Shown here: positions 31,985 through 41,051 of the stretch, piece after piece
Position numbering within the stretch: position 1 is the first letter of the stretch
Layout: the number at the start of each line of letters is the position of its first letter
Source of the DNA: an uncultured Candidatus Bathyarchaeia archaeon
GTDB taxonomy: Archaea; Thermoproteota; Bathyarchaeia; TCS64
Reading direction: 5' to 3'
Assembly: GCA_964495055.1 (NCBI GenBank)
Contig: CAZBUI010000002.1
Location: 1 to 41,671 of the forward strand
DNA: 41,671 nucleotides
Program-made: the position numbers and the translations under genes
Notes under the pieces: model-generated
Database searches by the model: none
What the model saw: the letters and a program-made list of their open reading frames with translations, nothing else
What the model was told of the DNA's origin: nothing

Positions 31985-34135
31985 CTAGCGGTGATTGGCG
32001 TAGACTGGGCTGCTCCAGGCCATGGAGCCGTTGCACTGGGTCACCTTCACCCAGTAGGGGTTCATGCCCTCCTCTATGCACTGGTCCACTATGGTGAACT
32101 CTAGGTCCCTGGGCAGCGGCTTGCCCGTGATCGCCTGTATCTTTACGCGTCTGTTGACGGGGCCAACCTCGACCACCGTGGGCTCGTACCTTATGTCGGC
32201 GGGCCGGAACGTGAAGGTGACGGGCCTGCTGTGGAACGTGGCCTCGGCGTCGGGCGGGGCGTCCAGCCTCATTACGACTCCGTCGGGGTCCCCGCCTGTG
32301 GTGCTGGTCCACTCCAGGCGCTGGCTGTTTACACGCCACACCCCCTGGTCGGGGTAGTCGAACGCGTAGCCGCTGAACGACGTTATCCTGCCTTTATCGA
32401 GGTAGAGGCCGCCGTCCCAGCTCACCCGTTTGGGCCTGCTCTTGACGCGGGCGCCCATCCATTCCACCTTTATGAGCCTGTCCTCGCCGTCGGGGGCGGC
32501 GAAGGGGTGCCTGTAGATGGTCTCCGTCCCCCTCTTGACCTCCACGGCGTGCAGCGGCCTGGTGCCGTGCACCTTGACGGTGATGGCTGGCGGGGCGTCG
32601 GCCTCGTACTTCTCGCCCATCATGTGGCCGTCCACCTTGAAGTCGAGTATGATCCTCTCGCCGGTGGTTCCATAGGTCCGCCTCGACCAGAACGCCTCCC
32701 AAAGCGCCTCCTTAGAGAGGGTCTCAGCGTAGACAGCGGTGTAGCCCCCCCTTGTGGTGAAGTTCTCGGAGGTGAGGGTGAGGCCGGGCCTGCAGGTGTG
32801 GTCGTCGCTGGCGGCGATGAACCCCACCTTGAGGCCGCGGCTGAGGGCCTCCTCCAGCAGCCACTCGAAGGTGCCGTGGTGGCTGTGGACCTCGATGAGG
32901 GGCACCATCTCGGGGTCCCAGTAGTCAAGGTTGGCGTGGCGGCCGCCGACGTGGGCCACGGCCATTACGTCTCCTCTGCCTCTGAGCTCGTCCCAGAGCC
33001 TGTCTATGGGGTACCTGTCGGTGGCCTCGTCGCTCCTGTCTTGGATGAGCCAGTGGTCGCTGCGGTGGAGGGGCCCGTCGTCGCCCAGATAGTAGATGTT
33101 GTGATCGCCGCCGGCGGGTGTGAGGCCGCTCCACTCGTAGCCCAGGAACAGGAGGAACCTGCCGGACTCGGTGTACCTCTTGGTCTTGGTCTTCACCTCC
33201 TCCCAGAGCTCCTTGGTGATCTGGAAGTCGTTGCCCTGCCAGCCGCCGAAGTCCATGTTGGCGACTTTGCGCAGGAATCGGAAGTACTCGTCCACGGTGC
33301 CGGTGCCCACCGTCTGCTTGGTCTGGCCGTGCATGTCCCCCCAGTAGAGCTTGTATCTGGGCTCCTCCTCTTGGACCATGATGGGGTTGGACTCTGCCGT
33401 GCGGCCGTCGCCGTCTGTGATCTTCAGGGTCTGCAGTCCCTCCCCTCCGAGGGCCACACTGAAGCGGTGTGCTCCCGCGTCCTCCTCTTTGAACGTGTAG
33501 GGCTCCACGTCCAGCCCCTCGAACCGCACGGTCCCCCTGTACCCGTCGCATCTGTTGCCGTAGCTGTCCAGCGCCCTGACCACCACGTCGAAGGGCTCAC
33601 CCGGGGCTGCCCCCGAAGGTGCCGCCGCCTCCAATGATTCAGCTGGGCCGCCGACGACTCTTACGTGGGGAGACTCTGTGATCTCCTCGAACCTGCCTGT
33701 GCCGAAGGGATCCACCAGCACCTTGAACACGTGCTCCTGCTCCCTGAATGTCTGGGCCTTGAGCCCGGGGCCGCCCTGGCTTTTGTCCCCGTAGACTATG
33801 GTCACCGTGTCTCCCTCGTAGAGGCTGCCGTCACGGACGTCCACCTGTATTGCGGCCCTGAAGGGCCGTATGTGGCCGCGGCTGCTGAAGAAGCATTCAA
33901 GCCTCACGTCCCTGTCCGTGGAGACGGTGGTGTATCCGGACCCGGTGGGTTCGCTGAACTGGGGGGACTCCTCGTCGCTCACGCTTCTCCGCGCCACCCT
34001 CATGCTGCCGCCGTCGTCTATCCCGTACCTTCCCACGTGGTAGACCAGGGTCCAGGTCGCCATGCTCCCGGCGATCACATCTGTTTCGGGCCTTATCTCG
34101 GCCCATCCAAGCCATGACCTGTTCAAGACAGTCAC
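31985..34135 (-). CDS. DUF3604-like protein with PHP-type metal-dependent phosphoesterase motifs and an N-terminal Ig-like region
   Basis: 716 aa with no signal peptide. PHP/DUF3604-like motifs are YWGDMHGQT, LGYEWSG, GGDHNIYY, AHVGGRHAN, EVHSHHGTFEW and ASDDHTCRPG. The family assignment is from memory of the motif pattern, not from a search. Confidence 0.55.
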   Translation of the reverse strand: MTVLNRSWLGWAEIRPETDVIAGSMATWTLVYHVGRYGIDDGGSMRVARRSVSDEESPQFSEPTGSGYTTVSTDRDVRLECFFSSRGHIRPFRAAIQVDVRDGSLYEGDTVTIVYGDKSQGGPGLKAQTFREQEHVFKVLVDPFGTGRFEEITESPHVRVVGGPAESLEAAAPSGAAPGEPFDVVVRALDSYGNRCDGYRGTVRFEGLDVEPYTFKEEDAGAHRFSVALGGEGLQTLKITDGDGRTAESNPIMVQEEEPRYKLYWGDMHGQTKQTVGTGTVDEYFRFLRKVANMDFGGWQGNDFQITKELWEEVKTKTKRYTESGRFLLFLGYEWSGLTPAGGDHNIYYLGDDGPLHRSDHWLIQDRSDEATDRYPIDRLWDELRGRGDVMAVAHVGGRHANLDYWDPEMVPLIEVHSHHGTFEWLLEEALSRGLKVGFIAASDDHTCRPGLTLTSENFTTRGGYTAVYAETLSKEALWEAFWSRRTYGTTGERIILDFKVDGHMMGEKYEADAPPAITVKVHGTRPLHAVEVKRGTETIYRHPFAAPDGEDRLIKVEWMGARVKSRPKRVSWDGGLYLDKGRITSFSGYAFDYPDQGVWRVNSQRLEWTSTTGGDPDGVVMRLDAPPDAEATFHSRPVTFTFRPADIRYEPTVVEVGPVNRRVKIQAITGKPLPRDLEFTIVDQCIEEGMNPYWVKVTQCNGSMAWSSPVYANHR

Positions 34136-34187
34136 CTGCGATTATACTGGGGGGATGTGGATGTAAAACCTGCTGAGAAAAAGGGGG

Positions 34188-35636
34188 TTAGAGCCTGCCT
34201 GGGCCGGGGCGCATGATGTCGTGGGGCGCCGCCTCCTGGGCTCCCCGCTCGGTTATGAGGGCGAGCCTAGCCTTCTCCCACATCTCCGGTATGGTCTTGG
34301 CGCCCACGTACCCCATGGCCGCCTTGAGGCCGCCCGTGAACTCGCCCAGTATTTCCTTCACCGGGCCCCGGTACGGCACCCAGCCCTCGACGCCCTCGCT
34401 CACCGACTTTGAGGGCTGGCTGTACCTGTCCTGCGCGTACCGCTTCTTGCGAGCCCGTTCGCTGCCCATGCCGTAGTACTCCTTGTAGTACCGTCCCTCC
34501 ATGGCGACGAGCCTGCCGGGGCTCTCCCTGCAGCCCGCGAACACGTTCCCCATCATGGCGCAGGACGCGCCCACGGCCATGGCGACGGCTATGTCGCCGG
34601 GGTTCCTCATGCCGCCATCAGCGATAATGGGGATATCTGCTCCGTACTTCTCTACGGCGTCGGCGACCCTGCTGGTGGCGTAGAGGGTGGGGGCGCCGGC
34701 GCGTGTGACGACGCTTGTGCTGCAGATGCTGCCGCTGCCTATGCCCACCCTGAGCCCGGCGACGCCGTCAAGCTTGGTGACCACGTCCTCGGCCGCCTCG
34801 TAGGTGCCTATGTTGCCGACTATGACCTCGGCCTCCACTTCCCTGAGTATCTCCTTGGCCGCGTCGAAGCAGTTCTTGTTGTGGAAGTGGGAGACGTCCA
34901 GCACCAGCACGTCCACGTACCTGTCCAGCGCCTTGGCCCTGGGCAGGTCGAAGGGGCTAATGGCCGCGGCGCATATCAGGCGGCCCTCTTCGTCCCTGAC
35001 GGCGTCCTGGTAAGTCCCCTTGAGGGTGATGTCCTTCATGGTTATGAGACCCCTCACCCTCCTGTCCTTGTCTACTATGGGTAGCTTCTCTATCCTGTGC
35101 TCGTGGAGGATCTTCATGGCCTCCTCCAGGCTCGTGTCCTCGGTGCCCGTGTAGACCTCCTCGGTCATGACGTCTTTGACCTTGAGGCTGCTCTCCGCAA
35201 GGCGGACGTCCCTCCAAGTCACTATTCCCACCAGCCTGTCCCCGTTCTCCACCACCGGGAAACCCTTGATGCTGTGCTCCTCCATGAGCTTCAGCAGCTC
35301 GTCCACCGTGTGGTTCGGGTTGACGGTGATGACGTCCCTGATGATGACGGCCTCGGCGCGTTTGACGCTGCGCGCCATGGCCACCTCCTCCTTGGCGCTG
35401 CAGTTCCTGTGCAGGACGCCTATGGCCCCCTCCCTAGCTAGAGCTATGGCCATCTCGGCTTCGGTGACTGTGTCCATGGGGGACGCCACTAGGGGGATGT
35501 TGATCGTTGTGCCCTGGCTGAACCGTGTCTTCACGTCGGCCTCGCCGGGCTCCACGTTGGTCCACCCCGGGAGAAGAAGAACGTCGTTGAAGGTAAGGGC
35601 TTTTTCCGCGTTTTCGAACTTTTGACGGAAACCCAT
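34188..35636 (-). CDS. guaB: IMP dehydrogenase (with CBS pair)
   Basis: The N-terminus contains [11 protein letters not shown]. The CBS pair includes [19 protein letters not shown] and [19 protein letters not shown]. The catalytic loop is [20 protein letters not shown] and YYGMGS are also present. Confidence 0.93.
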   Translation of the reverse strand: MGFRQKFENAEKALTFNDVLLLPGWTNVEPGEADVKTRFSQGTTINIPLVASPMDTVTEAEMAIALAREGAIGVLHRNCSAKEEVAMARSVKRAEAVIIRDVITVNPNHTVDELLKLMEEHSIKGFPVVENGDRLVGIVTWRDVRLAESSLKVKDVMTEEVYTGTEDTSLEEAMKILHEHRIEKLPIVDKDRRVRGLITMKDITLKGTYQDAVRDEEGRLICAAAISPFDLPRAKALDRYVDVLVLDVSHFHNKNCFDAAKEILREVEAEVIVGNIGTYEAAEDVVTKLDGVAGLRVGIGSGSICSTSVVTRAGAPTLYATSRVADAVEKYGADIPIIADGGMRNPGDIAVAMAVGASCAMMGNVFAGCRESPGRLVAMEGRYYKEYYGMGSERARKKRYAQDRYSQPSKSVSEGVEGWVPYRGPVKEILGEFTGGLKAAMGYVGAKTIPEMWEKARLALITERGAQEAAPHDIMRPGPGRL

Positions 35637-35779
35637 TCATTACACCATTTTAGACACCCTTCTCCTTTACGCGCTTAATATATCTTTGGATTAACGGGGG
35701 TTGAAAATTATACTAAAGATGCAACACGCTCTTCACTGATGTTTTATGCGGCCGCGTGGGTCAGGTAAGGTAGGAGGAT

Positions 35780-37726
35780 GTGACCCTGCCCCTGGTGAAG
35801 ACCATGTGCGCCCGGGACTGCCCGGACGCCTGCTTCCTCGACGTCGAGGTGAGGGACGGCGTCGTTGTCTCCGTTAGGGCGAGCAGGGAGAACTCCGTCA
35901 CCGCCGGTATCACGTGCCCTAGGGCGCTGGGCGACCCTCAGAGGCTCTACAGCATGGACCGGGTGCTGAACCCCTACGTCAGGGAGGCCCGGGAGGGGCA
36001 GAGGTTCAGGCTCTCCACGTGGGACGACGCCCTGTCCCTCGTGGCCCGGAGGCTCGGGGAGGCGCTGGAAGCGGGCGGCCCTGAGTCCGTGTTGCTCCTC
36101 GACTACTACGGCAACACGGGGCTCCTGTCAAGCCGTTTCAGCAGGCGGCTCTGGACGGCGCTGGGCGCCACGCGCACCGACGGCGCGGTGTGCTCCGCGT
36201 CGGGCCACGCCGCCCTGGGGCTCCACTACGGCCTCAGCTACGGCGTGGAGCCGGAGATGCTGCTGGATCGCAAGATCATCGTGTTCTGGGGGTTCAACGC
36301 CAAGAACAGCAGCCCCCACACGTGGGCGCTGGCGCTCAGGGCCAGGAGGGGAAACGACGCCGCCATCGTGGTGGTGGACCCCCGCCGATCCGAGTCCACG
36401 TCCATGGCGGACCTGTGGCTGTACCCTGTGCCGGGCAGCGATGTCGCCCTCTGCTACGGGCTGGCGAGGCACCTCATCGTGGGTGGCCACGTGGACATGG
36501 GCTTCATCGCGGAGCGATGCGCGGGCTACGAGGCGTACGCCGAGGAGGCCATGCGGTGGACCCCGGAGCGGGTCGAGGCGGTGACCGGCGTCTCACCTGC
36601 GGGCGTGGAGTCCTTGGGGGACGCCCTGGTCGAGTGCGGTAACCCGGTCTTCATGATGGGCATCGGCCTCAACAAGGGCCTCCAGGGCGCCGAGTCCGTC
36701 AGGGCGGTCTCCCTCCTCCCGGCGCTCCTCGGGGAGAGCCGCGGCTTCTACTACACCAACAGCAGGGGCAGGTACCTCGCCGGGGACCTGGAGGGGAAAA
36801 CGCTTACGAGCAAACCTCCGCGCGTGGTGAGCCAGATATCCATAGGCGAAAGGCTCAAAGCCGGCGAGTTCCTCTTCGTCTACGTCCAGGGCATGAACCC
36901 CGCCCTCACCCTCCCCGACTCCGGCAGCATAAAGGCTGGGCTGACGCGCGACGACGTCTTTCTGGTGGTCCACGACACCCACCTCACCGAGACGTGCCGC
37001 CTCGCGGACGTCGTCCTCCCCGCCGCCACCTACCTTGAGAAGGACGACATAGTGCTGAGCGACTCCCACCCCTACGTCAGGAAGGCGAGCAGGGCCGTGG
37101 AGCCTTGGGGTATGAGCAGGGACGAGGTCTGGGTCATGAGGGAGCTGGCCCGCCGCGTGGGCGTCACGGACGAGTGGGTGTACGTCGACCCGTGGGACGA
37201 GGCTGGGCGAGTACTTGGGGACGCGTTCATGGATGGCTGCTACCGGGACCTGTTGGATGGGTTCACGGTGAGGCTGCGAATGAGGCCTGCAGACGAGTAC
37301 CAGACGCCCTCAGGCAGGATAGAGTTCTTCTCCACGGCGGCCGGCGAGGGCGTGTCGCCGCTGCCAGCCCAGATGGACCTCGGCCGCGCCCAGGACGAGT
37401 ACGTCCTCATCAGCAGCAGCCTCCCCAGGTACACCCACACCCAGTTCAGGGACGTGTACGGCGAGATACCCCTCCAAGTCTGGGTGAACCCCGTGGACGC
37501 GGAGAGACACGGCGTCCAAGAGGGATCAGAGGTGACCCTGTTCAACGAAAGCGGCCGCCTCACTCTCACGGCGGTGGTCACGGACCGGGTCCCCCGGGGG
37601 GTGCTCTGGGCGCCGAGGGAGATGGTGGACGGCGACGGCAACCCGCAGAACGCCCTCACCCCCGGGAATCCTCAGACGCTGGGAGGTGGCCCCGCGTTCA
37701 ACTCCACCCGGGTGAAGATGCTCTAG
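35780..37726 (+). CDS. molybdopterin (bis-MGD) oxidoreductase, cytoplasmic, single subunit; substrate unknown
   Basis: The N-terminal FeS motif is CARDCPDAC...ITCPRA (C-x3-C-x3-C-x26-C). A candidate Mo-ligand Cys lies in DGAVCSASGHAA. The C-terminus has a molydop_binding-like barrel (VWVNPVDAERHGVQEGSEVTLFNESGRLTL). There is no Tat signal. The start is GTG 35780 or ATG 35804. Confidence 0.8.
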   Translation: MTLPLVKTMCARDCPDACFLDVEVRDGVVVSVRASRENSVTAGITCPRALGDPQRLYSMDRVLNPYVREAREGQRFRLSTWDDALSLVARRLGEALEAGGPESVLLLDYYGNTGLLSSRFSRRLWTALGATRTDGAVCSASGHAALGLHYGLSYGVEPEMLLDRKIIVFWGFNAKNSSPHTWALALRARRGNDAAIVVVDPRRSESTSMADLWLYPVPGSDVALCYGLARHLIVGGHVDMGFIAERCAGYEAYAEEAMRWTPERVEAVTGVSPAGVESLGDALVECGNPVFMMGIGLNKGLQGAESVRAVSLLPALLGESRGFYYTNSRGRYLAGDLEGKTLTSKPPRVVSQISIGERLKAGEFLFVYVQGMNPALTLPDSGSIKAGLTRDDVFLVVHDTHLTETCRLADVVLPAATYLEKDDIVLSDSHPYVRKASRAVEPWGMSRDEVWVMRELARRVGVTDEWVYVDPWDEAGRVLGDAFMDGCYRDLLDGFTVRLRMRPADEYQTPSGRIEFFSTAAGEGVSPLPAQMDLGRAQDEYVLISSSLPRYTHTQFRDVYGEIPLQVWVNPVDAERHGVQEGSEVTLFNESGRLTLTAVVTDRVPRGVLWAPREMVDGDGNPQNALTPGNPQTLGGGPAFNSTRVKML

Positions 37727-37761
37727 GACAGTTTTTACGTGTACGAGGCGATCCCTTGCGT

Positions 37762-38463
37762 ATGAGGTTCATCGCGGAGGTCTTCAACAGGTACCCGGAG
37801 GCGCACGTGGGCGTGCTGGTGGCAGAGGGCATCAAAGTGGTGAGGGGAGACTCGACCCTAAAGGAGGTTAAGACCCAAGCGCTGCGTGCAGCAGAGGAGA
37901 AGCTGGGAGGCGTGCCCGCGACGCGGCACCCTTTCATAGCGTCGTGGAGGAACATGTACCGCAGCTTCGGCTCCAAGCCGGGGGACTATAGGCCGTCCGC
38001 TGAGGCCCTCGTCAGACGTGCCCTCAAGAGGGGCGTCCTCCCTACCATCAACACGGCCGTGGACGCGTACAACGCCGTCTCCGTGCGTCACCTGATACCC
38101 ATGGGCGGGTTCGACCTCAACCGCGTCTCCGGCGACATCAGGCTCAGGCTCTCCCCGGGCGGCGAGGAGTTCACGCCCCTGGGCCCAGGCGAGACGGAGC
38201 TGACCTACCCCGGCGAGGTGGTGTACGCGGACGACACACGGATACTCACCCGGCGCTGGAACTACAGGGACTGCGACGAGACCAAGATAACCACTGGGAC
38301 CCGGTGCGCGGTGTTCTTCGCGGACGGGCCCGAGGGTGTGCCTAGGTCGGCGGTCGAGGAGGCCGTCCTTGACCTTGAGAGGATGCTACGCGGCGTCCTC
38401 GGGGGAGGATGCCGCTCAGGCGTCGCGTGGGCAGAAGAAAAAGAGGTCGTCCTCAGGCCCTAG
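37762..38463 (+). CDS. B3/B4 (PheRS beta-subunit-like tRNA-binding) domain protein
   Basis: 233 aa starting at ATG 37762. B3_4-like segments are FGSKPGDYRPSAEALVRRALKRGVLPTINTAVDAYNAVSVRHLIPMGGFDL and RRWNYRDCDETK. The part of the ORF upstream of 37762 overlaps the Mo-enzyme gene and is spurious. Confidence 0.65.
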   Translation: MRFIAEVFNRYPEAHVGVLVAEGIKVVRGDSTLKEVKTQALRAAEEKLGGVPATRHPFIASWRNMYRSFGSKPGDYRPSAEALVRRALKRGVLPTINTAVDAYNAVSVRHLIPMGGFDLNRVSGDIRLRLSPGGEEFTPLGPGETELTYPGEVVYADDTRILTRRWNYRDCDETKITTGTRCAVFFADGPEGVPRSAVEEAVLDLERMLRGVLGGGCRSGVAWAEEKEVVLRP

Positions 38464-38474
38464 AAGGGCCCAAG

Positions 38475-39602
38475 CTATTTCTCCACGTTGTACTTGTCGT
38501 AGAGCTTCATGAGCAGCCTGTTGAGCTCCTTGGCTCGTTCTTCGGAGTCCCTGGGCTTGAGCTCTTCGCACTCGTAGCCCACCACCTCCCTCATGTGCTC
38601 CACGTTCTCCTCGCAGAACACGACGGTGCCGTCGTCCTTGATCTTCTCGATGCCGTCGATCCTGCCGCCCTCCTCGTTTATGCGCACGGCCTCCTCCCTG
38701 CTGATGCCGGGCAGGACCACCTCTGCGCCCGTCTCGGAGAGCCTGCACGGGTAGCCCCCGGGGAGCCCGGCGGCGCCTGCGACGCAGGTGTGGACCTCGC
38801 CTGTGTCGTAGTACACAGCCAGCACGTGCTTGAGAAAGCTTGAGGCGGTCCGCATCTGGTCCACGAGGGCGCTCTTGAACTGGCCCGGCGCCCCGTACCC
38901 CTCTTCGACGTAAAGCCTGGTGATCTTCTCGTTGGGGAACCTGTCGGCGACGTCCACGCCGTCCACCAGTATCTTGGCCCAGTAGGGGCCGTCCATGCGG
39001 GCCGTGTAGTAAGTGCCGTGGTGGCCAACGCCGTAGACCTGGACGCTCCTGTAGGGCACCCCCAGCTCACGGGCCACTATGCGCTTGACCCTGCTCATGC
39101 CCAGATCCATGTTGCCGCCGCCGCAGACGGGCTCCAGCCCAAGCTTGCTGAGCACCACGTTGGTGGCGTCGGGGTAGGCGCCGTTGACCACCTTGACGTC
39201 CACGCCGCTCTTCTTGACGGCCTGCATCAGCTTGTGGGCCAGGGTCAGGTGGTTGGGCAGCCACGGCCCTATGGGGCCTATCTTCTTGTACTCCTCGGGG
39301 GGCAGCAGCCGGGTGACCCACCAGGAACCCAGGCTGGCCAGGTTGCAGACCACCTTGGGTCTATGCTCCTTGAGCAACTCGGCCGTCTCGTCTATCTCGA
39401 AGAGGTTGATCTTCTGGAAGCTGAGGTCCGGGTGGTAGCCGAGGTTGTGGGCGACGTGGATGCTCTCCTCCACCTCGAACCTTCCCTTCTTCTCGTCCAC
39501 GTCGGCGCCGATGACCTTGAAGGGTAGCCCCATGCACGCTATCTGGTACATCATGTCGTGGCCGACGCTGCCGGCCGATCCGATTATCATCATCGAGTCC
39601 AT
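38475..39602 (-). CDS. NAD(P)-binding Rossmann-fold protein with LDH/MDH-like motif order; function unknown
   Basis: MMIIGSAGSVG is a GxGxxG motif. An acidic residue follows in VIGADVDEKKG, then VVNGAYPDATNVV, GGGNMD and GVGHHG. I chose the start at ATG 39602 because TTTTATACA lies about 30 nt upstream on the minus strand. Confidence 0.5.
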   Translation of the reverse strand: MDSMMIIGSAGSVGHDMMYQIACMGLPFKVIGADVDEKKGRFEVEESIHVAHNLGYHPDLSFQKINLFEIDETAELLKEHRPKVVCNLASLGSWWVTRLLPPEEYKKIGPIGPWLPNHLTLAHKLMQAVKKSGVDVKVVNGAYPDATNVVLSKLGLEPVCGGGNMDLGMSRVKRIVARELGVPYRSVQVYGVGHHGTYYTARMDGPYWAKILVDGVDVADRFPNEKITRLYVEEGYGAPGQFKSALVDQMRTASSFLKHVLAVYYDTGEVHTCVAGAAGLPGGYPCRLSETGAEVVLPGISREEAVRINEEGGRIDGIEKIKDDGTVVFCEENVEHMREVVGYECEELKPRDSEERAKELNRLLMKLYDKYNVEK

Positions 39603-39685
39603 CTTGATACAAGATGAAACACGCGGACATTGTATAAAAGCCTGAACAGACAATCATTCATTTATAACCGCTGGAACGTATCTCC

Positions 39686-40975
39686 ATGGGGCCCATGAGA
39701 CGTGCGTTGCTTTTCATCGCGTTTCTGTCGCTGATCCTCTCGACGATCCCCCTAACGTCGGCCCAGGGAGAGTATACGCCGGTCTCGCTGACTTTCACCC
39801 TCTATTCCGACGGCACCGCCAGAGCCGAGTACAAGGTGGAGTCCGACGCGTTGCAGGCCCGCGTCGAGGTCGAGCTCTTCGGGCCCCCCTATAACAACCT
39901 CGTGATAAGGGACGACGAGGGCTACCCTCTCATCTACAGCACGGACGAGCCGAACGTCACGGTGGACAGCCTGGGCGCGCTGGAGCTTACCTTCACGTAC
40001 CTTACCATGAGCCTCACCACAAAGGAGGGCCTAGTCTGGGCGTTCAACGTGTCGTCGCCCTTATCCACGCTGATCAAGCTCCCCGAGGGGGCCGCCATAT
40101 TCGACATGAGCGACGTGCCCACCGACCTGGGCATGGAGGGGGGCAGACAGTACATTGTGCTTGGGCCCGGCGACATCTACGTCTACTACATGATTGGGCT
40201 CCCGGACGTGGAGAAGGAGGCCCAGGAGTCCCTGACGAAGGTGGAGGCCCACCTCAGCGACCTGGAGGACATGGGCTACGTGCTCACCGAGGCACGTTCA
40301 ACCCTCGTCCAGGCTCGGGACCTGTACGACTCGGAACAGTACGTGGACTCGAAGAACAGGGCCGAGCTCGCAATGTCCACGGCCGACGAGACCGTCGAGG
40401 ACGCCGTTGACGCATACGATGAAATAGGGCTGGCGTCGGAGGCGCTGAGCCAGGCTAGGAGCGACGGAAGAACCATGGGCCTCGACGAGGCCGAGTCGAG
40501 CCTTGAGGCGGCGTCCTCCTGCTACGGTGAGGGCAGCTACGCCGAGGCGGTTGCTTACGCTTCTCAGGCCATTCAGCAGGCAGACCTGGCCACGGCCCCT
40601 AAGACTAACGCCATGTTATACATGGGCATACTCTTGCTGGGGGGGTTGATCGGCGGAGGATACTACTACACCCAGAGAGTCAAGGCCGAGGAGCCCCCGC
40701 CCCAGGTCCCCTCTGGCATGTCACAGCCCAGGGAGGTAGACCTGGACAAGATTTTCTGGCACCACCAGGACCTACGGCTGGACGACAAGGAGGTCATCAG
40801 GTTCATAGCGGATTCCGGGGGCGAGGCGTTCGCGTCCGAGATACGGGACAGGTTCGATATTCCCCGTTCCAGCGCCTGGAGGCTTATAAGGAGGCTGGTG
40901 AGCAGCGGCGTCGCGGAGGAGACCAAGGTGGGGAACCAGAGCCTTGTGAGAATTAGAGATGAGTATCTCAAGTAA
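39686..40975 (+). CDS. membrane-anchored transcriptional regulator (COG2512-like): signal peptide, extracellular domain, TM, cytoplasmic wHTH
   Basis: The signal peptide is MRRALLFIAFLSLILSTIPLTSA/QGE. The TM segment is AMLYMGILLLGGLIGGGYYY. The C-terminal wHTH is EVIRFIADSGGEAFASEIRDRFDIPRSSAWRLIRRLVSSGVAEE. TTTATAA at 39661-39667 suggests a leaderless start at 39686 or 39695. Confidence 0.7.
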   Translation: MGPMRRALLFIAFLSLILSTIPLTSAQGEYTPVSLTFTLYSDGTARAEYKVESDALQARVEVELFGPPYNNLVIRDDEGYPLIYSTDEPNVTVDSLGALELTFTYLTMSLTTKEGLVWAFNVSSPLSTLIKLPEGAAIFDMSDVPTDLGMEGGRQYIVLGPGDIYVYYMIGLPDVEKEAQESLTKVEAHLSDLEDMGYVLTEARSTLVQARDLYDSEQYVDSKNRAELAMSTADETVEDAVDAYDEIGLASEALSQARSDGRTMGLDEAESSLEAASSCYGEGSYAEAVAYASQAIQQADLATAPKTNAMLYMGILLLGGLIGGGYYYTQRVKAEEPPPQVPSGMSQPREVDLDKIFWHHQDLRLDDKEVIRFIADSGGEAFASEIRDRFDIPRSSAWRLIRRLVSSGVAEETKVGNQSLVRIRDEYLK

Positions 40976-41051
40976 ATATTGGGTAAAGCGTTCCAAACCG
41001 TTCCAGCGCGTTCTTATAATAAAGCCGTGGGCATCTATCCATGCGAACGAG

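Noticed and set aside
37105-37761. N-terminal 219 codons of the 452-aa ORF 37105-38463.
   Set aside because: This part overlaps the 3' end of the molybdopterin oxidoreductase in another frame and translates to R/G/P-rich low-complexity sequence. The recognisable B3/4 domain begins at ATG 37762.
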